This document shows positions 20,788 to 30,406 of a stretch of DNA of 64,000 bases, one piece after another. Source of the DNA: Candidatus Limivicinus sp. (GTDB taxonomy: Bacteria; Bacillota; Clostridia; Oscillospirales; Oscillospiraceae); assembly GCA_045616745.1 (NCBI GenBank), contig JAZLHH010000056.1:11831-75830 (forward strand). The letters run 5' to 3'. Positions within the stretch are counted from its first letter, which is position 1; every line of letters starts with the position of its first letter. Below the pieces are notes generated by a model. That model was not told where the DNA came from and made no database searches. It saw nothing but the letters and a program-made list of their open reading frames with translations. The translations under genes and the position numbers were made by a program.

Positions 20788-22135
20788 GACGAAAACGCAG
20801 TTTATCTGCACAGAATGTGGGAATGAGTTTCCAAACTGGTCAGGAAAATGTCCGAAATGTGGTCAGTGGAATACTTTAAAAGAAGTAACATTTTCCGACG
20901 GAAAAAAAGCCACCCGTTATATTAGCGAACGAAAGGAACCGAAAAAACTCTCTGAGGTAGATACGGATTCAGAACTGAGGTTTTCCTCTTCAATCAGCGA
21001 ATTTGACAGAGTTCTTGGCGGTGGACCGGTTGTAGGTTCCCTCATTCTCGTCGGCGGAGCTCCGGGCATCGGTAAATCTACGATTCTTCTGCAGATGTGC
21101 GGCCTTGTTAATGACAAAGCCATCTTATATGTGACCGGTGAAGAATCAGAAAGACAGCTGAAGCTTCGTGCTAACCGGTTGAATATTCATAATGAGTCCC
21201 TGTTCGTTCTTGCAGAAACGGATATGGATGCCATCCTTGCCGCTGTAACTGAAAATTCACCGGATATTCTGATTCTGGATTCTATTCAGACTGTTTCCGA
21301 CTCAGGAAGTGATTCCGCTCCCGGCAGTGTAAGCCAGGTGCGAGAATGTACGATGAAAATCATGCATGTAGCCAAGGAAAACGGAATCACAGTTTTCATT
21401 GTCGGTCATATCAATAAAGAAGGGAATATCGCCGGTCCGAAAGTGCTGGAGCATATGGTGGACTGTGTTCTGTATTTTGAAGGAGAGAATAACAGTTCTT
21501 TCCGTCTGTTACGTGCTGTTAAGAACCGATTCGGATCAACAAATGAAATCGGCGTTTTTGAGATGGCAGATAATGGCCTGAAATGTGTTGAAAATCCTTC
21601 TGAGATGCTCCTCTCAGGCAGACCTGAAAACACACCAGGGACATGTGTTACATGCGTTATGGAAGGAACAAGGCCTATTTTGGCGGAAATACAAGCCCTG
21701 ATTGCTCCGGCAAGCGGATATAATGCGGCCAGAAGGTCGAACGGCGTAGATTATAACCGGACAGCAATGCTCCTTGCAGTGACAGAGAAGAGGGGAGGAC
21801 TGCCTGTAAATAATTGCGATGCCTATATAAATGTTATTGGCGGTTTGAATCTGGATGAAACGGCTGCCGATCTGGCAACGGTTCTGTCCGTTGCTTCCAG
21901 TTATTTGGACAGACCTTTAGGCAGTAAAACTGCAGCAATCGGTGAAGTGGGACTCAGCGGTGAAATCCGTTCGGTTTCGTCCCTGAATCAGAGATTAAGC
22001 GAGATAGCCAGACTGGGATTTTCAAGCTGTTTTATTCCTTCGCATGTACGTTATGAACTGAACAGCTTTCCGGGACTTAATCTGATTCCTGTAAAGAATG
22101 TCTATGAAGCAATCCGACAGATTGATAATCGGTAG
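20780..22135 (+). CDS. radA: DNA repair protein RadA/Sms
   Basis: Zn ribbon CTECGNEF...CPKCGQWNT, Walker A GAPGIGKST, the KNRFG motif, and a Lon-like C-terminal domain. Confidence 0.95.
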   Translation: MAKTKTQFICTECGNEFPNWSGKCPKCGQWNTLKEVTFSDGKKATRYISERKEPKKLSEVDTDSELRFSSSISEFDRVLGGGPVVGSLILVGGAPGIGKSTILLQMCGLVNDKAILYVTGEESERQLKLRANRLNIHNESLFVLAETDMDAILAAVTENSPDILILDSIQTVSDSGSDSAPGSVSQVRECTMKIMHVAKENGITVFIVGHINKEGNIAGPKVLEHMVDCVLYFEGENNSSFRLLRAVKNRFGSTNEIGVFEMADNGLKCVENPSEMLLSGRPENTPGTCVTCVMEGTRPILAEIQALIAPASGYNAARRSNGVDYNRTAMLLAVTEKRGGLPVNNCDAYINVIGGLNLDETAADLATVLSVASSYLDRPLGSKTAAIGEVGLSGEIRSVSSLNQRLSEIARLGFSSCFIPSHVRYELNSFPGLNLIPVKNVYEAIRQIDNR

Positions 22136-22790
22136 CCGGTATCGGAAGCTGCTGGAGTCCGCAATTGATGGAGAAGTCATATGGATTCCGGATAACCCTG
22201 ATCTTGACGAAAGACTTGCAGGACATGCCGATTTATCCGTTTTCAACACAAAAAAAGGGATGGTTTTTGCATCAAACCATCTCAAATGTGCGCTGAACAG
22301 CGAACTTACACGGTTTTTGACGTTAAATCAAAGCAAAAAATACCCAGATGATGCAAAATTGAATATTTCACTTGTTGGAAATAAAGCTTTTATGAACAAA
22401 GACATTATCGATGATTGTGTTTTCAGGTTCCTGAAAGAAGGGGAGTACGAGATCATCAATGTGAAGCAGGGTTATTGTGCGTGTAATATCCTGAAAATTG
22501 ACGACAACTCGCTGATCACTTCTGATGTCGGAATAGCGAAAGCTGCGCAGCAGAATCGGATTGATGTTTTGCAGATTGAGCCCGGCCATATCAAACTGGA
22601 CGGATTTGATTACGGTTTTATCGGAGGATCGGCATTTAGCAATAACGGTATTGTCTTTTTTACCGGAACCTTAGATTATCATCCGAATTGTAGAGAAATA
22701 TTGGATTTTATTGAAAAAAAGGGACTGAAATATCATTATTTAACGGATTTGCCTATATTTGATATCGGTGGTGCAATAAAAGCAGGATGA
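22098..22790 (+). CDS. Uncharacterised protein (possibly the family I recall as DUF6873 / GME-fold)
   Basis: 230-aa ORF with normal composition that overlaps the radA 3' end. Candidate starts are ATG 22098, ATG 22104 and TTG 22122. Motifs noted: GHADLS and C-terminal FDIGGAIKAG. The function is not recognised. Confidence 0.55.
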   Translation: MSMKQSDRLIIGSRYRKLLESAIDGEVIWIPDNPDLDERLAGHADLSVFNTKKGMVFASNHLKCALNSELTRFLTLNQSKKYPDDAKLNISLVGNKAFMNKDIIDDCVFRFLKEGEYEIINVKQGYCACNILKIDDNSLITSDVGIAKAAQQNRIDVLQIEPGHIKLDGFDYGFIGGSAFSNNGIVFFTGTLDYHPNCREILDFIEKKGLKYHYLTDLPIFDIGGAIKAG

Positions 22791-23780
22791 TTATTCATCC
22801 TGCTTTTCTTTCATCATTCGTCCGATTGGATTTGCCATAGCCGCTTCATGCAATGCGGTATTGTCAATATGCGTATAAATCTGTGTTGTGCTGAGGTTGG
22901 AATGACCGAGAACCTCCTGAAGAGCTCTGGTATCAACACCGTTTCTAAGCATCAGTGTTGCGGCGGTATGTCTCAATTTATGCGGTGAATAACGCTGCGG
23001 ATCCAGCCCGGCTTCCAATAAACGACGATCGAGCATCTCCTGAATGCCTCTGATGCCGAATCTTCCGTGTTTTTGACTGATAAACAGTGCATTTTTCGCT
23101 TCCGGATTGATTTTCCCGTCATCTCTGACAGCAAGATAATCATCAATCGCTTCACGGCAGCCTTCGGCAAAATATACAATACGTTCTTTATTACCTTTGC
23201 CGAGCACCCTGACATGATCTTCATAAACATCGGAAAGATTTAATCCAACCAATTCTGAAACTCGCAAACCGCAGCTCATAAAGAGCATAATTATAGCATA
23301 ATCTCTATAGGAGTAAGGTTCACTGATGGATGAAAGCAAAGTCTCACATTCGGACTCCTCCAGATATCTTGGCAGTGAAGCCTTCTTTTTCGGCATATCC
23401 AGTTCCAATGTTAAATTTTTATCAATTAGATGTCTCTTGGAATACAGATAGTTGAAAAAAGATTTGACCGCTGAAGTTCTTCTGCAGCGACTTGCAGGGG
23501 AAAGAGATTTTCCGGGAACAGTACTGAAAGATTGGTAACGGTATAATTCTTCAATTCGAATAGATTCAATAAAATCGAGATCAACATCCGAAATATCAAT
23601 TTCTTCAAATGGTGTAACAGGATCTGTGAGATGTCTGCGCTGTTTCAGAAAACGAAATAATATTTTTAAATCTCTGTAATAAGCAAAAACAGTTTTATCT
23701 GAATGACCGCGAACCGTAGAATGGTAATCCAGAAAATCCATTAATAACTCAGGAGCATCATTTATTTCATCAAGCGTCAT
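22791..23780 (-). CDS. Tyrosine recombinase, XerC/integrase family
   Basis: LRVSELVGL, HKLRHTAATLMLRNGVDTRALQEVLGHSNLSTTQIYTH. ATG 23780 (GAGG 5 nt upstream) is preferred over ATG 23840, which has no SD. Confidence 0.8.
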   Translation of the reverse strand: MTLDEINDAPELLMDFLDYHSTVRGHSDKTVFAYYRDLKILFRFLKQRRHLTDPVTPFEEIDISDVDLDFIESIRIEELYRYQSFSTVPGKSLSPASRCRRTSAVKSFFNYLYSKRHLIDKNLTLELDMPKKKASLPRYLEESECETLLSSISEPYSYRDYAIIMLFMSCGLRVSELVGLNLSDVYEDHVRVLGKGNKERIVYFAEGCREAIDDYLAVRDDGKINPEAKNALFISQKHGRFGIRGIQEMLDRRLLEAGLDPQRYSPHKLRHTAATLMLRNGVDTRALQEVLGHSNLSTTQIYTHIDNTALHEAAMANPIGRMMKEKQDE

Positions 23781-23849
23781 GAAAACCTCGAAAAAGGAAG
23801 AATTCTTGTATATAACGAAAGGAGCCGTTTTTTTACACATAAAATCGCG

Positions 23850-25349
23850 CTAAATCTGTATTATGCGAGATTTTATAGACTTTTCTTTTAATACCCTATC
23901 TGCGGTATAAATACTGAGACAGCCGGCTGCCGTGTCAACCAGCAATGAAATCCAGGGCGTGCAGAAGCCAAGAATTGATATAACAATTAAAATGATTTTA
24001 ATTATGAAAACAGAAAATGCCGCATAAACCGGATATTCATTCACTCTCCTGCTGAGAAACGGAAGAATTGTTATATTATCAATGGAATCTGGGTAGATAT
24101 TGGCATCATAACCCGAATTCTCATAGTCGCATACAATTTTAATTTTAGACGGATATAAAGCAGCATTTTTCGTTTTACAGATCAGAATATCTGTTTTTGA
24201 GTTGTCTGCATTTTCCGTCAGCTCACAGGAAAAACCGGTTTCATCGAGATAATCAATAATCTCGTCAAATTTACCGGAACTGTCTTCTGAAAGAACAACC
24301 GTTCCGACACACTGTCCCCCGAGACACAGGTAATAAAAATATCCTCGTATTTCCGGATTATCTTCCATTGAAACATCTATCTTGAACTTCTCAGCCAATT
24401 GCCTGTTTGCAAAAAGTAGTTCCATTCCGTTAACGGATGCTTTGACACCGTATCCCGGAATATCAATGAAATCTGAGATAATACCCGACTGATATTTACA
24501 GGAAATGGAATCTCTCAGAATGTCCGCAAATTTCTGCGAAGACATATAGACTGCATGATACACAAAGTTCAGAAATGCATCCTGACTCATTCTGCCGGAG
24601 TGAGAATAAATCAGCTCAGGCCGATACTTCCCTTTCATCAGATCAGAGTCGATTTTCACAGTTTTTGAGTGGTATACTTTCTCCAGATCATTTGCTTTCT
24701 TAAAAATCAATCCGTTTGCAGCTGCTTCACAAAGTGAATATCTGGCAATAGCGGTATTGCAGCAAAGCATGGAAAAAGGATTGGAAATGATGAAAATTGC
24801 GAGAGCTCTGTGTATGGAAGAATGAAAACTTAAATGTTTAATAAACGGCATTAATATTGCATATAAAAGCGCAATAACTGCAGAAATGAGAAAAACCGGA
24901 AATAATGTTTTACTCAGCACCAGTTCTGAATGAAGGACAACGGAATCATCTTCATCGAAAACATCACACATTCTGGATACAGTGTCCATATTTTTTCGGT
25001 CGATGAGATTTAAGGCTTTATTCCCTGCTCTGTCATTCAAATAGTTTACGAGCATTTTTCCAAGATGATATATGATGATTACGCTGATTGCTTCGATGCT
25101 GTAGTCCAGGAGAAATAAGGACAGAACGCTGAAAATGACAACCAGCGATTCTGAGAGATAATCCCTCTCCTGCATTCGATACACAGCATCAAGCAATATA
25201 TCAAAACCGGATAAAAAAGCAGATAAAATGAGCATCAGTATTTTAATATTGCCCGTGAAGAACTGCACTGATGAAAGCACAACCAACGCGATAGAAATGA
25301 TAATGCGGAAAATCAGTGTTTTATTAAAAATGATGCTCAATTTATCCAT
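23850..25349 (-). CDS. Degenerate P1B-type (heavy-metal) ATPase-like membrane protein
   Basis: By eye it is colinear with CadA/CopA-type pumps: SGFDILLDAV...IEAISVIIIYHLGKML...NKALNLID; RALAIFIISNPFS where the CPC helix is expected; ANGLIFKKANDLEKVYHSKTVKIDSDLMKG where ...GILIKGG..LE......DKTGTLT is expected; IPGYGVKASVNGMELLFANRQL; and LSRR near the last TM helices. Details are in the findings. Confidence 0.6.
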   Translation of the reverse strand: MDKLSIIFNKTLIFRIIISIALVVLSSVQFFTGNIKILMLILSAFLSGFDILLDAVYRMQERDYLSESLVVIFSVLSLFLLDYSIEAISVIIIYHLGKMLVNYLNDRAGNKALNLIDRKNMDTVSRMCDVFDEDDSVVLHSELVLSKTLFPVFLISAVIALLYAILMPFIKHLSFHSSIHRALAIFIISNPFSMLCCNTAIARYSLCEAAANGLIFKKANDLEKVYHSKTVKIDSDLMKGKYRPELIYSHSGRMSQDAFLNFVYHAVYMSSQKFADILRDSISCKYQSGIISDFIDIPGYGVKASVNGMELLFANRQLAEKFKIDVSMEDNPEIRGYFYYLCLGGQCVGTVVLSEDSSGKFDEIIDYLDETGFSCELTENADNSKTDILICKTKNAALYPSKIKIVCDYENSGYDANIYPDSIDNITILPFLSRRVNEYPVYAAFSVFIIKIILIVISILGFCTPWISLLVDTAAGCLSIYTADRVLKEKSIKSRIIQI

Positions 25350-25392
25350 ATTTATTATAATAATAGAGGAATTGCGATAGAAAAATTACGAA

Positions 25393-26328
25393 TTATGCCT
25401 TGCCGTTGCAGCCGAGAACTTCGACGAGCTTGTGCTTAACCATAGCTTTGATGGCTTCTCTTCCGGGTCCGAGATATTCACGCGGATCAAACTTTTCAGG
25501 ATGCTCAGCGAAGAACTGTCTGATGGAAGCTGTGAGAGCCAGACGAAGGTCAGAATCGATATTGATTTTGCAGACTGCCATGGAAGCGGCCTTGCGAAGC
25601 TGTTCTTCGGGAATTCCGATTGCTCCGGGCATATTTCCGCCGTACTTATTGATCAGATCAACAAATTCCTGAGGAACAGAAGATGAACCGTGCAGAACTA
25701 TCGGGAAACCGGGAAGAAGACGTGATACTTCTTCAAGAATGTCAAAACGAAGCTGAGGATTCGTTCCTGGCTTGAATTTGTATGCACCGTGAGATGTTCC
25801 GATGGCAATGGCAAGAGAGTCGCAGCCGGTTTTCTCAACAAATTCCTGTACGTCTTCCGGACGGGTATAGGAAGAATCTTCAGCAGAAACCTGAACTTCA
25901 TCTTCAATACCGGCCAGTGTTCCCAGCTCAGCTTCTACGACAACACCGTGATCGTGTGCATATTCAACAACCTGCTTGGTAAGAGCAATGTTTTCTGCAA
26001 AAGACTTTGAAGAAGCGTCAATCATGACAGAAGTAAAACCACCGTCAATGCAGCTCTTGCAAAGCTCAAAGGAATCGCCATGATCCAGATGGAGGCAAAT
26101 AGGGAGATCGGTTTCTGCGATAGCGGCTTCCACAAGTTTAATCAGATAGGTATGATTTGCATATTTTCTTGCACCCTTGCTTACCTGAAGAATCAGAGGG
26201 GCATTTTCTTCTTTCGCAGCTTCCGTAATTCCCTGAACAATTTCCATGTTGTTCACGTTGAAAGCGCCTATTGCGTATCCGCCGTTGTAGGCTTTTTCAA
26301 ACATTTCTTTTGTTGTAACAAGAGCCAT
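25393..26328 (-). CDS. fba: Class II fructose-1,6-bisphosphate aldolase
   Basis: GYAIGAFNVNNME, LHLDHG, VMIDAS, GTSHGAYKF, and LHGSSSVP. Confidence 0.95.
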   Translation of the reverse strand: MALVTTKEMFEKAYNGGYAIGAFNVNNMEIVQGITEAAKEENAPLILQVSKGARKYANHTYLIKLVEAAIAETDLPICLHLDHGDSFELCKSCIDGGFTSVMIDASSKSFAENIALTKQVVEYAHDHGVVVEAELGTLAGIEDEVQVSAEDSSYTRPEDVQEFVEKTGCDSLAIAIGTSHGAYKFKPGTNPQLRFDILEEVSRLLPGFPIVLHGSSSVPQEFVDLINKYGGNMPGAIGIPEEQLRKAASMAVCKINIDSDLRLALTASIRQFFAEHPEKFDPREYLGPGREAIKAMVKHKLVEVLGCNGKA

Positions 26329-26465
26329 TTGTATATCTCCTTAAATATAGTTTAATTTTGTACAAAAGTAATATTTACAAAATTCGTTAAGTATTATATT
26401 CTTTATAAGTATATTTATCAATATAGTAAAATTTACAAATTTTTTTATTTCCCGGAGGTTTTATC

Positions 26466-27707
26466 ATGAGTGAAGTCTTAAAAGGTGCATGTATTTTCGG
26501 GCAGTCCGGCGGACCTACCAGCGTAATCAACGCCAGTGCATACGGCGTTATTCGAACGGCCCTGGATACAGAGTGCATTACCAAGGTTTACGGTGCCGCT
26601 CACGGCATAAAGGGTGTTCTTGATGACAAGCTTTATGTTATGGACGAGGAAGATCCGAAAGAACTGGAACTTCTTCTTCACACGCCCTCTTCCGAGCTTG
26701 GATCCTGCAGATATAAAATTGCGGATCCCTCTGTTGATGATACGGATTATAAGCGTATTCTCGAAATATTCAGGAAATATGACGTTCGTTATTTCTTCTA
26801 TAATGGCGGAAATGACTCCATGGATACCTGCAACAAAATTTCCAAATATATGCAGAGCGTAGGGTATGAATGCCGCGTAATGGGTGTTCCGAAGACAATT
26901 GATAATGATTTGTTCGGAACTGACCATTGCCCCGGATATGCATCTGCAGCCAAGTATATTGCAACCTCCTGCATGGAAATCAATAAAGACGCACGCGTTT
27001 ATGACAACGGAATGGTTACTATAGTGGAGATTATGGGTCGCCATGCCGGCTGGCTGGCAGCAAGTGCAGCATTGGCTACAGAATTCGGCTGCGGTCCGGA
27101 TCTCATTTATCTTCCGGAAGTTAACTTCAACATGGATAAATTCATGGCTGATGTTCAGCGTGTATATAATAAAAACGGAAAATGCTTTGTTGCCGTATCA
27201 GAAGGAATTCACTATGCAGACGGAAGCTTTGTTTCCGAAGCAAAAACGTCCGCAACTGACGGTTTCGGTCATGCCCAGCTCGGTGGTCTTGCCGCTCTTC
27301 TTTCCTCTATCGTCAAGGACAAGCTCGACGTAAAGGTTCGCGGGATTGAGTTCAGCCTCCTCCAGAGATGCGCCGCACACCTTGCCTCTAAGACTGATGT
27401 TGACGAGGCATTTAATGCCGGAAAGATCGCTGTAGAGTCTGCCGTTTCCGGAAAGTCAGATTATATGGTCGCATTCGACCGTAACGAAACTCCGGACGGT
27501 TCCTATCATATTGATTATGAGCTTTTACCGCTCTCCACGGTTGCAAATTATGAAAAGAAGGTTCCTCTGGAATGGATCAACGAAACCGAAAATGGGCTGA
27601 AGCATGAGTATATTGAATACGTGCTGCCGCTTATCCAGGGTGAAGTTGATGTTCCAAAAGAGAATTCCCTCCCCCGTTACGCTCATCTTAAAAAAGTGTT
27701 GGCATGA
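26466..27707 (+). CDS. 6-phosphofructokinase family, long (413 aa) form, possibly PPi-dependent
   Basis: GGPTSVINAS, GGNDSMDT (where ATP-type enzymes have GGDGS), PKTIDNDL, and MGRHAGWLA. The phosphoryl-donor specificity cannot be settled by eye. Confidence 0.88.
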   Translation: MSEVLKGACIFGQSGGPTSVINASAYGVIRTALDTECITKVYGAAHGIKGVLDDKLYVMDEEDPKELELLLHTPSSELGSCRYKIADPSVDDTDYKRILEIFRKYDVRYFFYNGGNDSMDTCNKISKYMQSVGYECRVMGVPKTIDNDLFGTDHCPGYASAAKYIATSCMEINKDARVYDNGMVTIVEIMGRHAGWLAASAALATEFGCGPDLIYLPEVNFNMDKFMADVQRVYNKNGKCFVAVSEGIHYADGSFVSEAKTSATDGFGHAQLGGLAALLSSIVKDKLDVKVRGIEFSLLQRCAAHLASKTDVDEAFNAGKIAVESAVSGKSDYMVAFDRNETPDGSYHIDYELLPLSTVANYEKKVPLEWINETENGLKHEYIEYVLPLIQGEVDVPKENSLPRYAHLKKVLA

Positions 27708-27748
27708 TAATTTTCAATATACGTCAATAAATTAAAGGAGATTGGTTC

Positions 27749-30406
27749 ATGGTTACGAACAAAGAAAAACTGTTTGCTCTCGGCAAAAAAATTACCGACC
27801 GCATTCCTCAGAAACTCGGTCTCAAGAAGCTCACAGAAGCGGATCCCGAGTACTGGGGACTGGTCAACATTCTTGATGATGACATGGTAGATATTGCTCT
27901 TGCTATGCCTTCATCCCGCGGTCCGATTACTCTTCAGGAACTGGCTAAGAAAACAGGTTGGGAAGAGCCAAAACTGGAAGCAAAGCTCCAGGAAATGGGT
28001 GAACTGGGTCTGATTGAGTACAACTGGGAAAATGAAGACAGACATAAGCAGTATATTCTCCCCTATTTTGTTCCCGGTGCTGCTGAATTCTTCAACATGA
28101 GAACCGTTACCACGGATGCTCATCCTGAAGTTTCAGAATTCTTCTATCAGATGGCACGTCTTCCTCTGGAAGCCGTTACTCCGATTGTACCTCCCGGAGG
28201 TGCCGGAATTGGAATGCATGTAGTTCCCGTTGAAAAAGCAATCCCCATGGAATCCAAGTCTGTAGATGTAGAGCATCTGACACACTGGCTTGACAAATAT
28301 GATCATTTCTCGGTCGGCGTCTGCTCCTGCCGTCGTTCTCAGCAGAATCGGGGTGAAGGCTCAGGTGAAGTCGAAGATATGTGGTGTATCGCTGTCGGAG
28401 ATACTGCTGTTTACTGTGACGAAACCAAAAAAGACGGAAGGACAATCACGAAGGAAGAAGCTATTGAGATTCTGAAGCGTGCCGAAGAGGAAGGTTTTGT
28501 ACACCAGATTACCAACATTGACGGTGAAGATAAGATTTTTGCCATCTGCAACTGCGCACCCGGTGTCTGCTATGCACTCCGTACTTCTCAGCTTTTCAAT
28601 ACTCCGAATATGAGCCGCAGTGCTTTTACCGCGGAAGTTGATAAAAAGAAATGTGTCGCCTGCGGAAAGTGCGTGGAAGTATGTCCTGCCGGTGCAGCAA
28701 AACTGGGACAGAAGCTCTGCACCAAAAACGGTCCCGTCAAGTATCCGAAGCACGAACTTCCCGATGATCTCCCATGGGGTCCCGAAAAGTGGGATGAGGA
28801 CTGGAGAAACAGCAATCAGCTGCAGTGCTACGAATCCGGTACTGCTCCCTGCAAGACTGCCTGCCCGGCACACATTGCCATTCAGGGCTATATCAAGATG
28901 GCAGCCGAAGGCCGCTATCAGGATGCACTTGCATTGATTAAAAAGGATAATCCGCTCCCTGCAATCTGCGGATATATCTGCAACAGACGCTGCGAAGATG
29001 CCTGCACCAGAGGAACTGTTGATAATCCTGTAGCTATTGATGAAATCAAAAAGTTTATTGCTGAGCAGGAAATCAAGGCAGAAAATCGTTATGTTCCGCC
29101 GATTCGTTCCAGAAAGTGTGAGACTTCCTATGAAGAAAAGATGGCTGTGATTGGTGCCGGTCCTGCTGGCTTGAGCTGCGCATTCTTCCTTGCTAACATG
29201 GGTTATCCCGTAACTGTCTTCGAAAAGGAAGAGAAGCTCGGCGGTATGCTCACTCTGGGAATCCCCTCTTACAGACTTCCCCGTAATGTTATCGAATCTG
29301 AAATCGAAGTCCTGAAACTGATGAACGTCGAATTCAGAACGGGAGTTGAAATCGGTAAGGATCTCAGTTTTGATGATCTCCGTAAAGAAGGATTCAAGGC
29401 AATCGGCCTCTTTGTCGGTGCACAAAAGTCTGCCGCTTTGAATATCCCCGGCGAAGACCTGAACGGTGTCATCGGCGGTATTGACTTCATGAAGCAGATT
29501 AACCTTGGTAAAAAAGTCGCTGTTGGAAAGAAAGTCGTCGTAATCGGCGGCGGTAACGTTGCAATGGATGTTTGCAGGGCAGCAATTCGTGTATGCGATG
29601 ATGTTACCGTCGTATATAGACGCAGGGAATCCGACATGCCTGCAGATAAAGCAGAGGTTGCCGAGGCAAAGGCCGAAGGTGTGAAGTTCCTCTTCGAGCA
29701 TAAGCCCGTGGAAATACTCGGTGAATCCGGAAAGGTTACAGCACTCAAGTGTGAAATCGACGAAGTAGCATGTGATACGATTATTTCTGCAATTGGCCAG
29801 AAGGTTGACCTTTCTTCTATCGACACGGAAAACATTGCCTTTACCGAGAAGGGTACTGTTGCAGCTGATGAAGTAACAATGCAGACTGTACAGAATGATA
29901 TCTTTGTTGCCGGAGATTGCTTCACCGGTCCCAAGTTTGCAATCGATGCTATTGCCGGCGGCCGAGAGGCAGCAGAGTCCATGCACAGATCCGTACATCG
30001 CGGAACTTCTCTTACCATGGCTCGTAACCTTCGTAAGTTCTATGAACTTGACAAGAACAATATCGTCATTGATACTGCCAGCTTTGACAATACCTCCCGC
30101 CAGGTCAATGAAAGAATTGCAGAAAACTTCAAGACCGACAAGTGTGATATTGTTACCTTCACCGAAGAACAGATTAAGAAGGAAGCTTCCCGTTGCCTTG
30201 GCTGCGGTGCCTGTGAAGTTGATGAGAATCAGTGCATCGGCTGCGGTCTCTGCACGACTCGCTGCGAGTTTGATGCTATTCACCTGAAGAGAGATCATCC
30301 GGAATGCTCCAACATGTGCACTGCCGAAGACAAGCTGAAGTATATCCTCCCCTACGCTGCAAAACGCGAAGTTAAGATTATCAAGAGAAAGTTATCTGGA
30401 AAATAA
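27749..30406 (+). CDS. Multidomain Fe-S flavoprotein: wHTH-like plus Cys-cluster N-domain, ferredoxin motif, GltD/NfnB-like FAD/NAD(P)H oxidoreductase, C-terminal 2x[4Fe-4S]
   Basis: CSCRRSQ...CNCAPGVC; CVACGKCVEVCP; GltD-type CKTACPAHIAIQGYI...ICGYICNRRCEDACTRG; FAD site VIGAGPAGLSCAFFL; NAD(P)H site VVVIGGGNVAMDV; and C-terminal CLGCGACEVDENQCIGCGLCTTRCE. Confidence 0.8.
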   Translation: MVTNKEKLFALGKKITDRIPQKLGLKKLTEADPEYWGLVNILDDDMVDIALAMPSSRGPITLQELAKKTGWEEPKLEAKLQEMGELGLIEYNWENEDRHKQYILPYFVPGAAEFFNMRTVTTDAHPEVSEFFYQMARLPLEAVTPIVPPGGAGIGMHVVPVEKAIPMESKSVDVEHLTHWLDKYDHFSVGVCSCRRSQQNRGEGSGEVEDMWCIAVGDTAVYCDETKKDGRTITKEEAIEILKRAEEEGFVHQITNIDGEDKIFAICNCAPGVCYALRTSQLFNTPNMSRSAFTAEVDKKKCVACGKCVEVCPAGAAKLGQKLCTKNGPVKYPKHELPDDLPWGPEKWDEDWRNSNQLQCYESGTAPCKTACPAHIAIQGYIKMAAEGRYQDALALIKKDNPLPAICGYICNRRCEDACTRGTVDNPVAIDEIKKFIAEQEIKAENRYVPPIRSRKCETSYEEKMAVIGAGPAGLSCAFFLANMGYPVTVFEKEEKLGGMLTLGIPSYRLPRNVIESEIEVLKLMNVEFRTGVEIGKDLSFDDLRKEGFKAIGLFVGAQKSAALNIPGEDLNGVIGGIDFMKQINLGKKVAVGKKVVVIGGGNVAMDVCRAAIRVCDDVTVVYRRRESDMPADKAEVAEAKAEGVKFLFEHKPVEILGESGKVTALKCEIDEVACDTIISAIGQKVDLSSIDTENIAFTEKGTVAADEVTMQTVQNDIFVAGDCFTGPKFAIDAIAGGREAAESMHRSVHRGTSLTMARNLRKFYELDKNNIVIDTASFDNTSRQVNERIAENFKTDKCDIVTFTEEQIKKEASRCLGCGACEVDENQCIGCGLCTTRCEFDAIHLKRDHPECSNMCTAEDKLKYILPYAAKREVKIIKRKLSGK

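Noticed and set aside
15113-23780. Two tyrosine recombinase genes as possible boundaries of an integrated element
   Set aside because: Everything between them is core (ruvCAB, trmK, nif3, radA). Both proteins look like chromosomal XerC/XerD-type paralogues. No flanking repeats or phage/ICE genes are seen.
28361-30298. 645-aa ORF antisense to the Fe-S flavoprotein gene
   Set aside because: The translation is low-complexity and shows no motifs. The sense strand carries unmistakable FAD/NAD(P)H and 4Fe-4S motifs. Long antisense ORFs are a common codon-bias artefact.
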